Part shown: positions 15,648 to 25,567 of the stretch, one piece after another
Numbering within the stretch: position 1 is the first letter of the stretch
How the letters are laid out: every line of letters begins with the position of its first letter
IMG/VR virus record: IMGVR_UViG_3300030376_004534
Location: 1-26,534 of that record
From: a virus
Taxonomy: Duplodnaviria > Caudoviricetes
Length of the DNA: 26,534 nucleotides
Reading direction: 5' to 3' (one strand)
The notes under the pieces: model-generated
The model's input: the letters and a program-made list of their open reading frames with translations, nothing else
Databases searched by the model: none
Told to the model about the DNA's origin: nothing
Program-made: the position numbers and the translations under genes

Positions 15648-16689
15648 TCATACTCACACTATAAGTATTAAAAGCTACTTGATTTACATTAAAACTATTT
15701 TCCCTAAATGTGCATATAGAAAATTGGTCAGGATTGTTATTGGTATTATCAGGTTGAAATATAAACGGCAGAGTACCACCTAATGTACAATTCCATACAA
15801 AATTAAAACTATCATCTGAAAGCATAGGGTTAGGTATCTCATTATTTGGGGTAACATTATCTGAAGTTAATGTATTAGACACTTCATTTTCCATCCACAT
15901 ATCACTTTCAGAAATATAAGAAAATGTAAGATTCCAGCTTCTTAATCCTTTTCTTCCTAAACCACTTTTAACTTTCTGATTAAAGTCATCGCCTGTAGTA
16001 TCAAGTTCAAATGGTGGGTATTTATAAGTTCCATCATTAGGGTGGTTCATAGTCCACTCTGTTGGTCCATCATAATAAATGTTAGCTAATGTTTTGCCAC
16101 CTATGGTTTTTTGTTTCTTAATACCATCAAATCGTCTTGACATTGTTAAACTAAGGTCTGGCGAATTAGGAGCATCCCAATACTTACCTACCACAAAAGA
16201 ACCAAGTTGATGATTAATTGTGTCAGTATAATCACTTGCATACTCAACCTTAAACATAGTCCAATATTCATTATTTGAACCGACCTCAAAAATAGTTGTT
16301 CCATTAAATAGAGGGTTTAGTGTGTTGGCTGACCTGTCGGCATTTAAAATTTGTGATTTAAAATGATTGTTGTGTGAAAAATTTGTGTAATCTAGATTAA
16401 TTCCATCGTAGCCTACTATTTGTGGAGTTGAATCATCACTTGCTAAGTTGTGATTTAGTAAAGCAATAAAATTAACAGGAAAAGATGTTTTCGCTGGATT
16501 ATCATCACCTGAACCACCAATCACAAAAATTGAATCTTCATCAATACTATCTCTTATAAAAGGATTAGATGGGTTCATATACAGAAGTTCTGCACCACCT
16601 TTAGTTGTATCCCAGCCTAATTGTCCTGTGGCGTGTAAAAATGTAGGCATATCTACATAAAATCTTGGCGTTTTAACTTGTTTTCCCAT
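15628..16689 (-). CDS. Tail-tip protein, distal tail (Dit)-like
   Basis: Last gene of the tail operon; 'RSWNLTFSYI', 'GGTLPFIFQPD', C-terminal 'YSVSMTIDE' strand typical of Dit/tube-fold proteins. Confidence 0.55.
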   Translation of the reverse strand: MGKQVKTPRFYVDMPTFLHATGQLGWDTTKGGAELLYMNPSNPFIRDSIDEDSIFVIGGSGDDNPAKTSFPVNFIALLNHNLASDDSTPQIVGYDGINLDYTNFSHNNHFKSQILNADRSANTLNPLFNGTTIFEVGSNNEYWTMFKVEYASDYTDTINHQLGSFVVGKYWDAPNSPDLSLTMSRRFDGIKKQKTIGGKTLANIYYDGPTEWTMNHPNDGTYKYPPFELDTTGDDFNQKVKSGLGRKGLRSWNLTFSYISESDMWMENEVSNTLTSDNVTPNNEIPNPMLSDDSFNFVWNCTLGGTLPFIFQPDNTNNNPDQFSICTFRENSFNVNQVAFNTYSVSMTIDEIA

Positions 16690-17228
16690 TAATATCCTCC
16701 TGAACTACCACCACTTGTAGATGTTGGTTTTTTTCGTTTTATTTTTTTAATTTTTGTTTTATCTACTTCAGGTAAACCATAATCAGGTAGATTGTATTTA
16801 GTTTTATTGATAATGCCTTTTTTAGATTTATCTTTAAAGTTTTCCCAAGTAACACCTTCTACATTCATTGACCAATCTTGATTTTCCCACTTTGGTTTTA
16901 CTTTTATAATATTTGTTGGAACTTTTTTAGCTTCTATATCTGCAACAATAACACTTTTAATTTCAACTAATCCTTCATAAGTAAATAATTCTGTTTTTTC
17001 TATAGGTATTTGTTGTAATGTAAATATGATTATTTTACTATTACTACCTTGTAAAAACCAACCTTCAGGTAATTGTGGCGTTATTTTTGCTTTACCAGTA
17101 TAATTAATCTCTATACCCATAATACCTATATTAGAATCTATAGAGCAAGAACCATCATTACATATTATGTTAGCACTACCTTCTGATATTTTAACTTTAT
17201 TTTTTTCGTTTATTTCTGATAATTTCAT
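16689..17228 (-). CDS. Cohesin-like beta-sandwich protein
   Basis: 'IMGIEINY...LPEGW......KIIIFTL...I....LFTYEG..EIKSVIVAD' resembles a cohesin strand pattern; TAATG-coupled to the dockerin-bearing gene. CDS is solid; the fold call is by eye. Confidence 0.55.
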   Translation of the reverse strand: MKLSEINEKNKVKISEGSANIICNDGSCSIDSNIGIMGIEINYTGKAKITPQLPEGWFLQGSNSKIIIFTLQQIPIEKTELFTYEGLVEIKSVIVADIEAKKVPTNIIKVKPKWENQDWSMNVEGVTWENFKDKSKKGIINKTKYNLPDYGLPEVDKTKIKKIKRKKPTSTSGGSSGGY

Positions 17229-17407
17229 TATTGATTTCCTAAAATTGACTGTACTGTTGCTACAACATCTTGTACATTTATTATACCATCATCATTAACA
17301 TCTCCAGCTGAAAATTGTGCATCTGATAAATCTGTTAAACCTAATATAAATTGAACCATAGCAACTATATCTAAAACATTAACTACTTGGTCGCCTGTAA
17401 TGTCACC
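17228..17407 (-). other. Dockerin (type I-like) domain
   Basis: GDITGDQVVNVLDIVAMVQFIL ... AGDVNDDGIINVQDVVATVQSIL: duplicated D-x-N/T-x-D-G-x-x-N-x-x-D Ca-binding loop plus helix. Confidence 0.92.
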
Positions 17408-20400
17408 TTGTGCTAAAAAAGGTATAAAACTAAAATCTAAATACTTTGTATCTGCTAAATCGTTATAAATATCTACTTGCATAGTAAAGTGTATTTCAAA
17501 TGTAAAACCATCATATTGTTCTGCTAATTCTAAACTATTTTCTATTGCATTAGTTAATGTTACTGAGCCACCATAATTATCATCATTTTGTATTATAGTT
17601 TCATTAAATATATAATTTTGTATCTGAGGCATTTCACCTATTTCCCAAGTTCCATTTTCATAAGTAGAACTCGTATTTCCGTGTTCTAAATCTACAGTTC
17701 CAGCAGGAACATTAACTTCCCTCAACCAATAGTTTACATCAATATCACCTTGAATGTCAGTATCTATAATAGCAGTTAATGCTTCTGTTGCAAAATTAGT
17801 ACCTGTTGCCCAATTAACATTTAATATAGTTTCTGTATCAACTTCAGGTTCATATATATCTTGGTCATAAGGGTTTGGTATAATATAATTAGAAGCCATT
17901 TCATCATCAAAACCAAGTTCACCTCTATGTATTTGTACTGCTTCTATACTTACTTTATCTAAAGACTTTGTTATTTTATTTACAAAGAATATTGGATATA
18001 CTGGTTGCCCATTCTTAATAATCTCTTGTGTATAATCTTGACCAAACGCAAGTTTACCACCTATAAGTTCATCAAACCTTATTGTATCTCCTATTTCAAG
18101 ATTCATATAACTTGGAGGTAAATCTATTTTAGCTATAAGATGTTGATTACAATGCCACATTAATAGTTTTCTTTGTAGTTTTCTTGCAGTTAATTCATCT
18201 CTAATATATTCACTTTCAAATTCTAATTTAGCATCTTCTGATTTTAAGCCGTAGTAATTAATATCATAATTATTATCAGAACCTTCAAATGCCGAAGTAA
18301 CATCTTCTAATGTAGGTCTAATTGTACCATTATTATCTGTAATACCATATCCTGTTTCTTCTAAATAATCTCCTGACCCATAATCTTTTTTATACTTTAC
18401 ATTTACTTGGTTTTTAACATCATCTAATTTAGTTAAAGAAAATGAATACTTAATTATATCTTCATTATTAATAATAGGATACTGTGTAAAGTCTGTTTCT
18501 TTATCAACCATATACAAGAATTTAAATTCGCCTTTACTATTAAAAGAAGGTATATAAACTGACGATTTAAACAATCCTTCTACAAAAGATTTAGCTTCTT
18601 TTTGTTCATTAAGAGTAAAACTTTGAATCCAATTATCTTCTATGTCTACATCAGGCAATTCTACATTACCCTCATAATTAAGTTCGTTTTTAAGTATATC
18701 TGCTAATATAAATTGTGGTTTAGCTATAGGTTCGCCTGAACCATCTATTCTACCTACAATACTTGCAAAATAATCTTGATTATATATATCAGTAATTAAA
18801 CAATCTTGTAATGTGTAAAAGTTATTAAGGTTAGCCATAACTGAAGAAACTTGTTGCTGACTACCTCCTTGACTTTTAATTAAAGGCATACCCCATTGAA
18901 TGCTGTCATAAGCATTAGTTGTGCCGAAACCTATAATAACATTATCATAATCAGTACCAGCTATACCATTTAAATTAGTATTAGAAGTTTCATATCTTCT
19001 TTCTGATTCATTTATATGAAAAGAATGTTCCTGATTAGGAACTTGACACTCTGTAACCCAATCTTCTGTATCGTAATATTTGTGCCAATTATTATTGTCA
19101 TTATCCATATCATCAAATTCATAGTTGTTTTCTTTATCTGCATTTAATAATTGTTTTTCAACCCAAAAACTTACTGGTTGATACCTTAGTCTTGAAGATA
19201 AATATATATCATCATCTTGGTAATCTATTGTATAATGTTCATTTTGTGGAGTTGTATATTGTATATGATAAAGTATTTTAGTTACACAAGAATAATCGCC
19301 TATGTCTTTGTTTAATTCTAATCTTGCATAAGCTCCACCACTTTCAGGGTGACTTGTTCTTATTTGTGAGTTTATATGCAAACCTGTATCATTACGATTA
19401 TTTTGTATTAAGTCTACATTAAAATTACCATCATAACCTGCATTAACGTGATTTTGGTCAATAGTTTCTCTAAATTCACCTTCTTGTGTTACATTATCAT
19501 TAATGTTTGTAGCTTTCCACCAAGTTTTATCGCCTGTATCCCAATTTTCATCATATTTACTATCTAAATCAGAATTATCATTATCATCACCTAAAACATT
19601 AACCACTTTAGTAATATTGTCTAATCTATCATTTGTATAACCATAAAACTTATTAGATGACCTTACAAAAGTATAATCATCTTCACCTGAAATAGTTGAT
19701 TTTCCGTGATTTTTTGCATAAAAAGATACTTTTTCTACAGGTCTATATATTCTTGTAGGTAAACCTATTTCTCCTGTTCCTACTAATACATCTTCTTCTT
19801 CTGTATATGATTCATATAAAAATGAATTTTCATTAAGGTTAAATTTAGCACTACCATTTGCATTAGCATTTTCAAAAGTATATATATTTGTTTCTAAATT
19901 AGGATACTCTCTTGAACCAAATTTTTTTGCTAATTCTTCCATAATAGGCATATAACCATCATTATATACAGATAGACTTGCATTTTCATTTAACCAATTA
20001 TGAACTATTAAAACGTGTTGGCTGTCTATGTATGGATTTTTAAATGATATTTTATTTGCAGCGTTCCATACATTAAATAATTCTTCATTAGGTTTATCTA
20101 ATTCTATGTCGTTTAATTTGTTTATAACTGTTGGACTTTTGTCTACATATCCATATACCATAGGGTAAGGTTGTCCAATTTGTTCTTCACTATACAAATC
20201 TTCATTTTGTAATGTAGTAGATGGTATTTGTGTTGCTAATTTTTGTTGTGTTAAATCCTCTAAAGTAAGGCTTAAAGTTTCTGCCGACTGTGAATAACGT
20301 CTAATAGTGCCAGTATAGACAAGTAAACAATCATCTAAGGTATCTATACCATTAGAAGCATAATATACCTGTACAACAGCATTTAATAAAGATTGTACAT

Positions 20401-20698
20401 CATCACTAAATATCTTGCCGTTATATTGATTGTTAGATATAGATAAAGATACACTTGATATAGTGTATTTTGAATTTATAATGTCGGCAGACGACTTGAT
20501 AGAAGGACTATTAAGTAGTAAAGGGTTATACGCCTCACCACCTATGTTTGTTTCCTTAATTGATAAATTAATTACTTCTGTTGCCGAATCTAATGGGTCA
20601 TCTATCTGTACACCTTTATATATCCTAACCAAAGGATATAAAGATGTTCTTACACCATTACCTAATGCTTGTTTAAACTTTGGAGGTAACGTCAGCAT
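17228..20698 (-). CDS. Tail hub/tip protein (Tal-like) with C-terminal dockerin
   Basis: 1156 aa after the tape measure; hub motifs 'YTGTIRR', 'PMVYG', 'NQVNVKY', 'NLEIGDTIRF'; residues 1098-1156 form a two-repeat dockerin. Confidence 0.8.
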   Translation of the reverse strand: MLTLPPKFKQALGNGVRTSLYPLVRIYKGVQIDDPLDSATEVINLSIKETNIGGEAYNPLLLNSPSIKSSADIINSKYTISSVSLSISNNQYNGKIFSDDVQSLLNAVVQVYYASNGIDTLDDCLLVYTGTIRRYSQSAETLSLTLEDLTQQKLATQIPSTTLQNEDLYSEEQIGQPYPMVYGYVDKSPTVINKLNDIELDKPNEELFNVWNAANKISFKNPYIDSQHVLIVHNWLNENASLSVYNDGYMPIMEELAKKFGSREYPNLETNIYTFENANANGSAKFNLNENSFLYESYTEEEDVLVGTGEIGLPTRIYRPVEKVSFYAKNHGKSTISGEDDYTFVRSSNKFYGYTNDRLDNITKVVNVLGDDNDNSDLDSKYDENWDTGDKTWWKATNINDNVTQEGEFRETIDQNHVNAGYDGNFNVDLIQNNRNDTGLHINSQIRTSHPESGGAYARLELNKDIGDYSCVTKILYHIQYTTPQNEHYTIDYQDDDIYLSSRLRYQPVSFWVEKQLLNADKENNYEFDDMDNDNNNWHKYYDTEDWVTECQVPNQEHSFHINESERRYETSNTNLNGIAGTDYDNVIIGFGTTNAYDSIQWGMPLIKSQGGSQQQVSSVMANLNNFYTLQDCLITDIYNQDYFASIVGRIDGSGEPIAKPQFILADILKNELNYEGNVELPDVDIEDNWIQSFTLNEQKEAKSFVEGLFKSSVYIPSFNSKGEFKFLYMVDKETDFTQYPIINNEDIIKYSFSLTKLDDVKNQVNVKYKKDYGSGDYLEETGYGITDNNGTIRPTLEDVTSAFEGSDNNYDINYYGLKSEDAKLEFESEYIRDELTARKLQRKLLMWHCNQHLIAKIDLPPSYMNLEIGDTIRFDELIGGKLAFGQDYTQEIIKNGQPVYPIFFVNKITKSLDKVSIEAVQIHRGELGFDDEMASNYIIPNPYDQDIYEPEVDTETILNVNWATGTNFATEALTAIIDTDIQGDIDVNYWLREVNVPAGTVDLEHGNTSSTYENGTWEIGEMPQIQNYIFNETIIQNDDNYGGSVTLTNAIENSLELAEQYDGFTFEIHFTMQVDIYNDLADTKYLDFSFIPFLAQGDITGDQVVNVLDIVAMVQFILGLTDLSDAQFSAGDVNDDGIINVQDVVATVQSILGNQ

Positions 20699-23646
20699 TA
20701 ACCAATCCCAAAATCACTACCCCTACGGACAGCTTCTTTAATTGATTCTGCAAGTTCGCCTTCTACAAAATCTTGCGTCATAACATTACCTGATACGTTT
20801 ACGTTTATATTAGCACCACCACCACCTTGATTCATTTGGTTAAGAGCTTCTAAGCCGATTGATTCTACAGCATTTCTACTCATTACAAACTCGCCACGTT
20901 CTGCCTCTATTAATGTGCCACCTTGAGAATGTCGTCTACCACCTACATAACCACCTTGTTCAAAACTACCATAAACTCCACCACTAGAACCTGAACCTGA
21001 ACCACCTGCTTTTTGTATTTGCTCGTGAATACCTCTTACTTGTGCGTATGCTTTAACATACATAGAAGCAGCAGCAGCTACTCTAAGGGCAGTTGGTTGT
21101 ATTGTTTTATCAGCCATAACATCAGAAGCAGCACTATAAGCGTTAGCAACAGCACTTATTGCTTGGAAATACATTACTTCTTTTTCACTCATACCTATAG
21201 CTTTCCCTAGACCTGCAAAACTATCTGAAATCATACCGATAGTATCTACCTGCTTTAATCTTGCTTTTCTTTCTTTTTCAGCAGAAGCAGCAGCATCTTC
21301 TTGTGAAGTTTCTAATTTATTATATCTTCCTATAAGTAAATCTAAACCTGCAATTTGTTCATCTGTTAGTTCACCTGATTCAAACAATGCTTCGCCTTGT
21401 GCTATTTGTGCATCTAATAAAGCTAATTGTGCTTCTTTTGTTTGTCCGTATGATTCTGCTAGAATTTCTTGAATAGTTTTTTCTTTTTCTGTTGTTTTAG
21501 TACTATCTTTTTTTGTATCGTTCATAGCATCATAAACAACTTGTAATGTTCCTAAAGTCTTTAAAAGGGTTTCTTCTTGTTCTGTTAATTTTCTACCTGC
21601 TTGAATTTCAGCAAGTCTAATTTGTAATGCAGTTCCATCAAGCATAATTTTTGCTTTTAATGTTTCAACTTGTTGATTTAAATTTTTAATATTATCTTCT
21701 AAACTTTGCTTAGCTTTTTCTTCTGCTGCAGCTTGTTGTTTTTGTAATTCAAGCTCATCTTTTTTTAATTGTTGTTGTGTTTCAATTTCTGTTCTTAAAT
21801 TAAATAATGTTTGTAATCTTTCTTTTTCAAGTGGGTCTAATTGTCTACCTAAATCAATTTCCATTAATTTTAAGTCTAACATAAAACCATCTAAATCTCT
21901 TTTAGCTTCTAAAATATCTATTTCTTTTTGTATTGCATCAGTATTTTCTAAAATAGATTTTAGTTTATCACCATCTAGTGCTATATCAAGACCTCTTTCT
22001 TTTGCAAGAAATTCTAGTCTTTGTTGTAATTCTTTTTCTTTTGTTGTTAAACCTGATGTGGCATTTGCCATACCTAAAATAGCAGTAGTTGCACCTATAA
22101 ATAGACTTGTTAATTGTAAAATTACATTTTTCTTATTAGCTTTGTTCAGTTTTAAAGTTGCAGCAGTTAAACCTTGTGTTGCTACTGTATACGCTAAGGT
22201 AACAACTTTTGCAGCACCTAAACCAATATTGTGTAACAACTGTCCTTTTGTAGTTGCTGACAATACTAATCTATAAGCTCCATATCCTGTTGCTAAACCT
22301 AAAGTTGCAGATACAAATGCTTTTAATAAACCTAATGGTATTATATTAGAAAAGAATTTTAGTGCTTTAGCAACTAATAATACAGTTGGTGCTAATGCTT
22401 GTCCTAATCTTTCCTGTAAATCGCCAAAAGCATTTGATGCTTGTGCTAATTGTCCACTTGTTGTCATAGCCATAACTTCTGCTAATTCGCCAAATTTTTC
22501 TTTAACACCCTCAGTTATAGCAGCCATTCTTTCTTGACCTTTAAGACTAGAATCTACTTCAATACCATATCTTGCCAAAGCGTTAGTTGAAGAACCAAAT
22601 GATTTTGAAATTAATAATCCTGCACTATTTAAATCAAGACCTAATCCTGACGCTAAATCTAATGTAGCTTTTGTTAAATCTTTTGCTTGTTGTTCATTAG
22701 CTCCAAAAGCACCCATTGTAGCAATTACTGAATTGATAGCTTCATCACCGAATATGCTAACTTCTTGCATAGCACTAGAAAATTTATCTAATGAATTAGC
22801 AGCATCAACACCAAAAACTCTTGCCATCTTAATGACACTATCTTCTTGTTCAGCAAACATTCTTACTTGCCTTACAATAGCATTAGTAACTAATCCAAAG
22901 GCGAATGATACAAGTAATAACTTAGAACGTATAGTAGCAAAACTATTATCTAACAGTCTACCACTATTAGTAATATTTAACATTCCTTTGTTTAAAGTGT
23001 TTGCTTTTACTCCTGCCAAACTCATAGCTTTTGACATTTGTCCTAAGGCTTTAGTATTACCCTGTAAAGCAAGTTTTACAGTATTTAAATTAATACCTAA
23101 TTTTTTAAATGTAACTCCTGATTGCTTTACAGCAGCAGTCATTTGTTGTATTTGGATTCTAATTAATTTTTGTGATTGTGCTAATTGTTTTTCAGCAAGT
23201 TGTTCTTTTTTGGCTAGTGCAAGAGATTTTTCTCTTTGCTTATTAAGAGCAGCATTTACAGCAGTACGCTGCTTCATATCTTTAATTCTTTGTTTTTCTG
23301 CTGCTTCCTTTTCTGCTAATCTTTTTAAATCTAATTCTGTTTGATGAACATTATTTAATTCCTTAGCATAATCAAGTAATGCTTTTCTTTGTTTATATCT
23401 TGTTCTTACATCTTTTTCAAGAGCAGAATTTGTTTGTTTTCTTTTTGGAAGTTCTGCATCTAATAATCCATTTAACATTTTATTGGATTTATTTAGATGG
23501 TTTTGTGCATCAGATAATTTTTTTGTACTTTTTTGAGTTGATAATATATTCTTATCAAATGTTTTTAAAGCATTAGTAAGATTTTTGATAGTTTGATTTA
23601 ACCCACCATCATCTAATTTAAATTTTATTTCAAAATTATCAGCCAT
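20698..23646 (-). CDS. Tape measure protein
   Basis: 982 aa, helical and Ala/Leu-rich; 'SIFGDEAI', 'DLASGLGLDL', 'NALARYGI', 'GDLQERLG', C-terminal 'GGYVGG...EAERGEFVM...INVNVSG'; follows the chaperone pair. Confidence 0.92.
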   Translation of the reverse strand: MADNFEIKFKLDDGGLNQTIKNLTNALKTFDKNILSTQKSTKKLSDAQNHLNKSNKMLNGLLDAELPKRKQTNSALEKDVRTRYKQRKALLDYAKELNNVHQTELDLKRLAEKEAAEKQRIKDMKQRTAVNAALNKQREKSLALAKKEQLAEKQLAQSQKLIRIQIQQMTAAVKQSGVTFKKLGINLNTVKLALQGNTKALGQMSKAMSLAGVKANTLNKGMLNITNSGRLLDNSFATIRSKLLLVSFAFGLVTNAIVRQVRMFAEQEDSVIKMARVFGVDAANSLDKFSSAMQEVSIFGDEAINSVIATMGAFGANEQQAKDLTKATLDLASGLGLDLNSAGLLISKSFGSSTNALARYGIEVDSSLKGQERMAAITEGVKEKFGELAEVMAMTTSGQLAQASNAFGDLQERLGQALAPTVLLVAKALKFFSNIIPLGLLKAFVSATLGLATGYGAYRLVLSATTKGQLLHNIGLGAAKVVTLAYTVATQGLTAATLKLNKANKKNVILQLTSLFIGATTAILGMANATSGLTTKEKELQQRLEFLAKERGLDIALDGDKLKSILENTDAIQKEIDILEAKRDLDGFMLDLKLMEIDLGRQLDPLEKERLQTLFNLRTEIETQQQLKKDELELQKQQAAAEEKAKQSLEDNIKNLNQQVETLKAKIMLDGTALQIRLAEIQAGRKLTEQEETLLKTLGTLQVVYDAMNDTKKDSTKTTEKEKTIQEILAESYGQTKEAQLALLDAQIAQGEALFESGELTDEQIAGLDLLIGRYNKLETSQEDAAASAEKERKARLKQVDTIGMISDSFAGLGKAIGMSEKEVMYFQAISAVANAYSAASDVMADKTIQPTALRVAAAASMYVKAYAQVRGIHEQIQKAGGSGSGSSGGVYGSFEQGGYVGGRRHSQGGTLIEAERGEFVMSRNAVESIGLEALNQMNQGGGGANINVNVSGNVMTQDFVEGELAESIKEAVRRGSDFGIG

Positions 23647-24070
23647 TTGTTTTCGCCTCTCTCGTCGCTTTATCTCTCATTCGTTTCTCTTTTTTGGCTA
23701 GAGCATTTTTAATTATAAAAAAGTATTCAACCCATCTTGCAGGTTGTTCACCATAGTCACCTTTATGTGCAGGTGTACCTGTTTCTGTACAGTATAAATA
23801 CTTATTAATTAATTTTAAATATTTATCATTACGAATATGATTTAGGCAAGTAAAAAAAGGTATTTGTGCTATAATACTTTCTACAATATCAAAGCTCTTT
23901 CCTTGTTGCTCATTAAAGTTTATTGTTTCTTCTTTGAGCAAATCTATTACTTGCCACACATCATATACATTTTCAAATGTACGAGTTTCGTAACCATTTT
24001 TAGTTGCTATTGGCAACTTTGCATCGTAAGGAAACTCACAGTATGGACAGCCTCCACAGCCATCCGACAT
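23639..24070 (-). CDS. Tail assembly chaperone, frameshift (GT-like) part
   Basis: Lies in the -1 frame of the upstream chaperone, open back through GGGGGAA; no SD before its ATG; 'QPARWVE' motif. Confidence 0.7.
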   Translation of the reverse strand: MSDGCGGCPYCEFPYDAKLPIATKNGYETRTFENVYDVWQVIDLLKEETINFNEQQGKSFDIVESIIAQIPFFTCLNHIRNDKYLKLINKYLYCTETGTPAHKGDYGEQPARWVEYFFIIKNALAKKEKRMRDKATREAKTNG

Positions 24071-24081
24071 TAAAGTCAGTT

Positions 24082-24363
24082 CTACTTGGAGGCTTTCCCT
24101 TCCCCCACAAGATAACGATTCTGCATTTCTGTAAAAATAGCAGTTTTATCTTCTAGGGATAGTGTTTTCAGGAACTCATCAGATGTATCACCATCAACAC
24201 CTATACGAATCCATTTAGTCATTGTCGAGTGCATCATTTTCACACCTAGAACATCACCATTTTCCTTATAGTCGTATTGTACCGAATCCAACATTTCATC
24301 TCTCTCGTCTATTGACACATCTTTTAACTTTATCTTTTTACCTGATTTCAGTTTGATTTCCAT
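24082..24363 (-). CDS. Tail assembly chaperone (G-like)
   Basis: 93 aa between tail tube and tape measure; ends ...LVGEGKASK. Confidence 0.75.
   Translation of the reverse strand: MEIKLKSGKKIKLKDVSIDERDEMLDSVQYDYKENGDVLGVKMMHSTMTKWIRIGVDGDTSDEFLKTLSLEDKTAIFTEMQNRYLVGEGKASK
24093..24106 (-). other. Candidate programmed -1 frameshift site
   Basis: Minus strand GTG GGG GAA GGG AAA G; the -1 frame continues without stop into the 143-aa ORF. Confidence 0.7.
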
Positions 24364-24381
24364 TTATTTTCCTTTTATTTA

Positions 24382-25371
24382 TTAAGAACTTACATCAAAT
24401 GATATTAAAGCGTCTGTTCCATCATCAACTGATTTAATAGAGCAATCTAACATCATAATATCACCTTCAGAATATGCCACATTTGTTAAAACACCATTTT
24501 GAACATCAACGCCAAAAGCGTTATTGTTAGTAATTACAAACATATTACCTGAAAGTGCAGCAGTTTGTGTATCAAAACTATTCACAAACCCTTTAGTATT
24601 TCCATCATATTTTACTTGAGTATCAACAGTTACAGCTATTTCTGAACCTCTACTAACAACTTCATAACCTGTTGATGTTACTCCTGTAAATATAGCAGGA
24701 CTGTCTATTGTTGTTGTAAAATTATTCATTACTACATCAGTATTAAATACTTTAAATCCTGAACCACTAGACAACATAGGCATAGTTGTATTAGCGTATG
24801 CAGTTATAGTTGGTTCGGCAGTAGATGTCAAATCAGGTTTTTTCCCTGTTTGTAATGTAGCAGAAAATTTATATCTTCCACCTTCTGTTCCTGATTCAGC
24901 AGAAATACTCATATTTGTTACTACACAACCAAACAATTCTAATCCTGTTTGATTTGTAACGTCTGATGGTTGTATTACTACAGTTAATGATGAAGCTGCA
25001 TTTGTTACGGCTGCACCATACTTTTGACTTGCTGCAGTAAAACCTGAAGCAACAGCAATATCGCCTGATACATCATTACAAATATTTTGTAATAACAATT
25101 TATGTCCTGCATCATTATGTAGTGTGCCTGATATTGAAAATTCAGTCACTCTCATTATATTGTCTTGAAATACATCTTCATCTTTTAAAGTTCTTCCTGT
25201 ACCACTTCTAACATCTAAAACTTGGTTTAAATTTAAAGTAGGAAAACTTATAGAATCTACATCTAATTGATTCATTGTAGTACCTATGCCTGTTGCACCT
25301 GCATTGGTAGCATCAGAAACAATAGCAACTTTAAATTCTTTTGGTGAAAATGCGTGAGCTACTGTAGCCAT
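24382..25371 (-). CDS. Major tail (tube) protein
   Basis: 329 aa, Thr/Ser/Gly-rich beta protein; 'GCVVTNMSIS' motif; upstream of chaperones and tape measure; no sheath gene. Confidence 0.8.
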   Translation of the reverse strand: MATVAHAFSPKEFKVAIVSDATNAGATGIGTTMNQLDVDSISFPTLNLNQVLDVRSGTGRTLKDEDVFQDNIMRVTEFSISGTLHNDAGHKLLLQNICNDVSGDIAVASGFTAASQKYGAAVTNAASSLTVVIQPSDVTNQTGLELFGCVVTNMSISAESGTEGGRYKFSATLQTGKKPDLTSTAEPTITAYANTTMPMLSSGSGFKVFNTDVVMNNFTTTIDSPAIFTGVTSTGYEVVSRGSEIAVTVDTQVKYDGNTKGFVNSFDTQTAALSGNMFVITNNNAFGVDVQNGVLTNVAYSEGDIMMLDCSIKSVDDGTDALISFDVSS

Positions 25372-25559
25372 TATTTACTCTCCTTTTTGCTTGTTGCTTT
25401 AACTATTGCAGTTTCTACTAAACTTTTAATACCTTCAGCAATTTGTTTAACTTCTATTTCTTTACCTTTTTGTAATTCATCCCAAGCGTCTTTATCTACA
25501 CCACAGGACTTCCAACAATTAGGTAATATTGTACTTTTATCTTTTATTTTTATTTTCAT
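25371..25559 (-). CDS. Small hypothetical structural-region protein
   Basis: 62 aa, AGGAG SD, TAATG-coupled to the tail tube gene. Confidence 0.65.
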   Translation of the reverse strand: MKIKIKDKSTILPNCWKSCGVDKDAWDELQKGKEIEVKQIAEGIKSLVETAIVKATSKKESK

Positions 25560-25567
25560 AAAAACTC

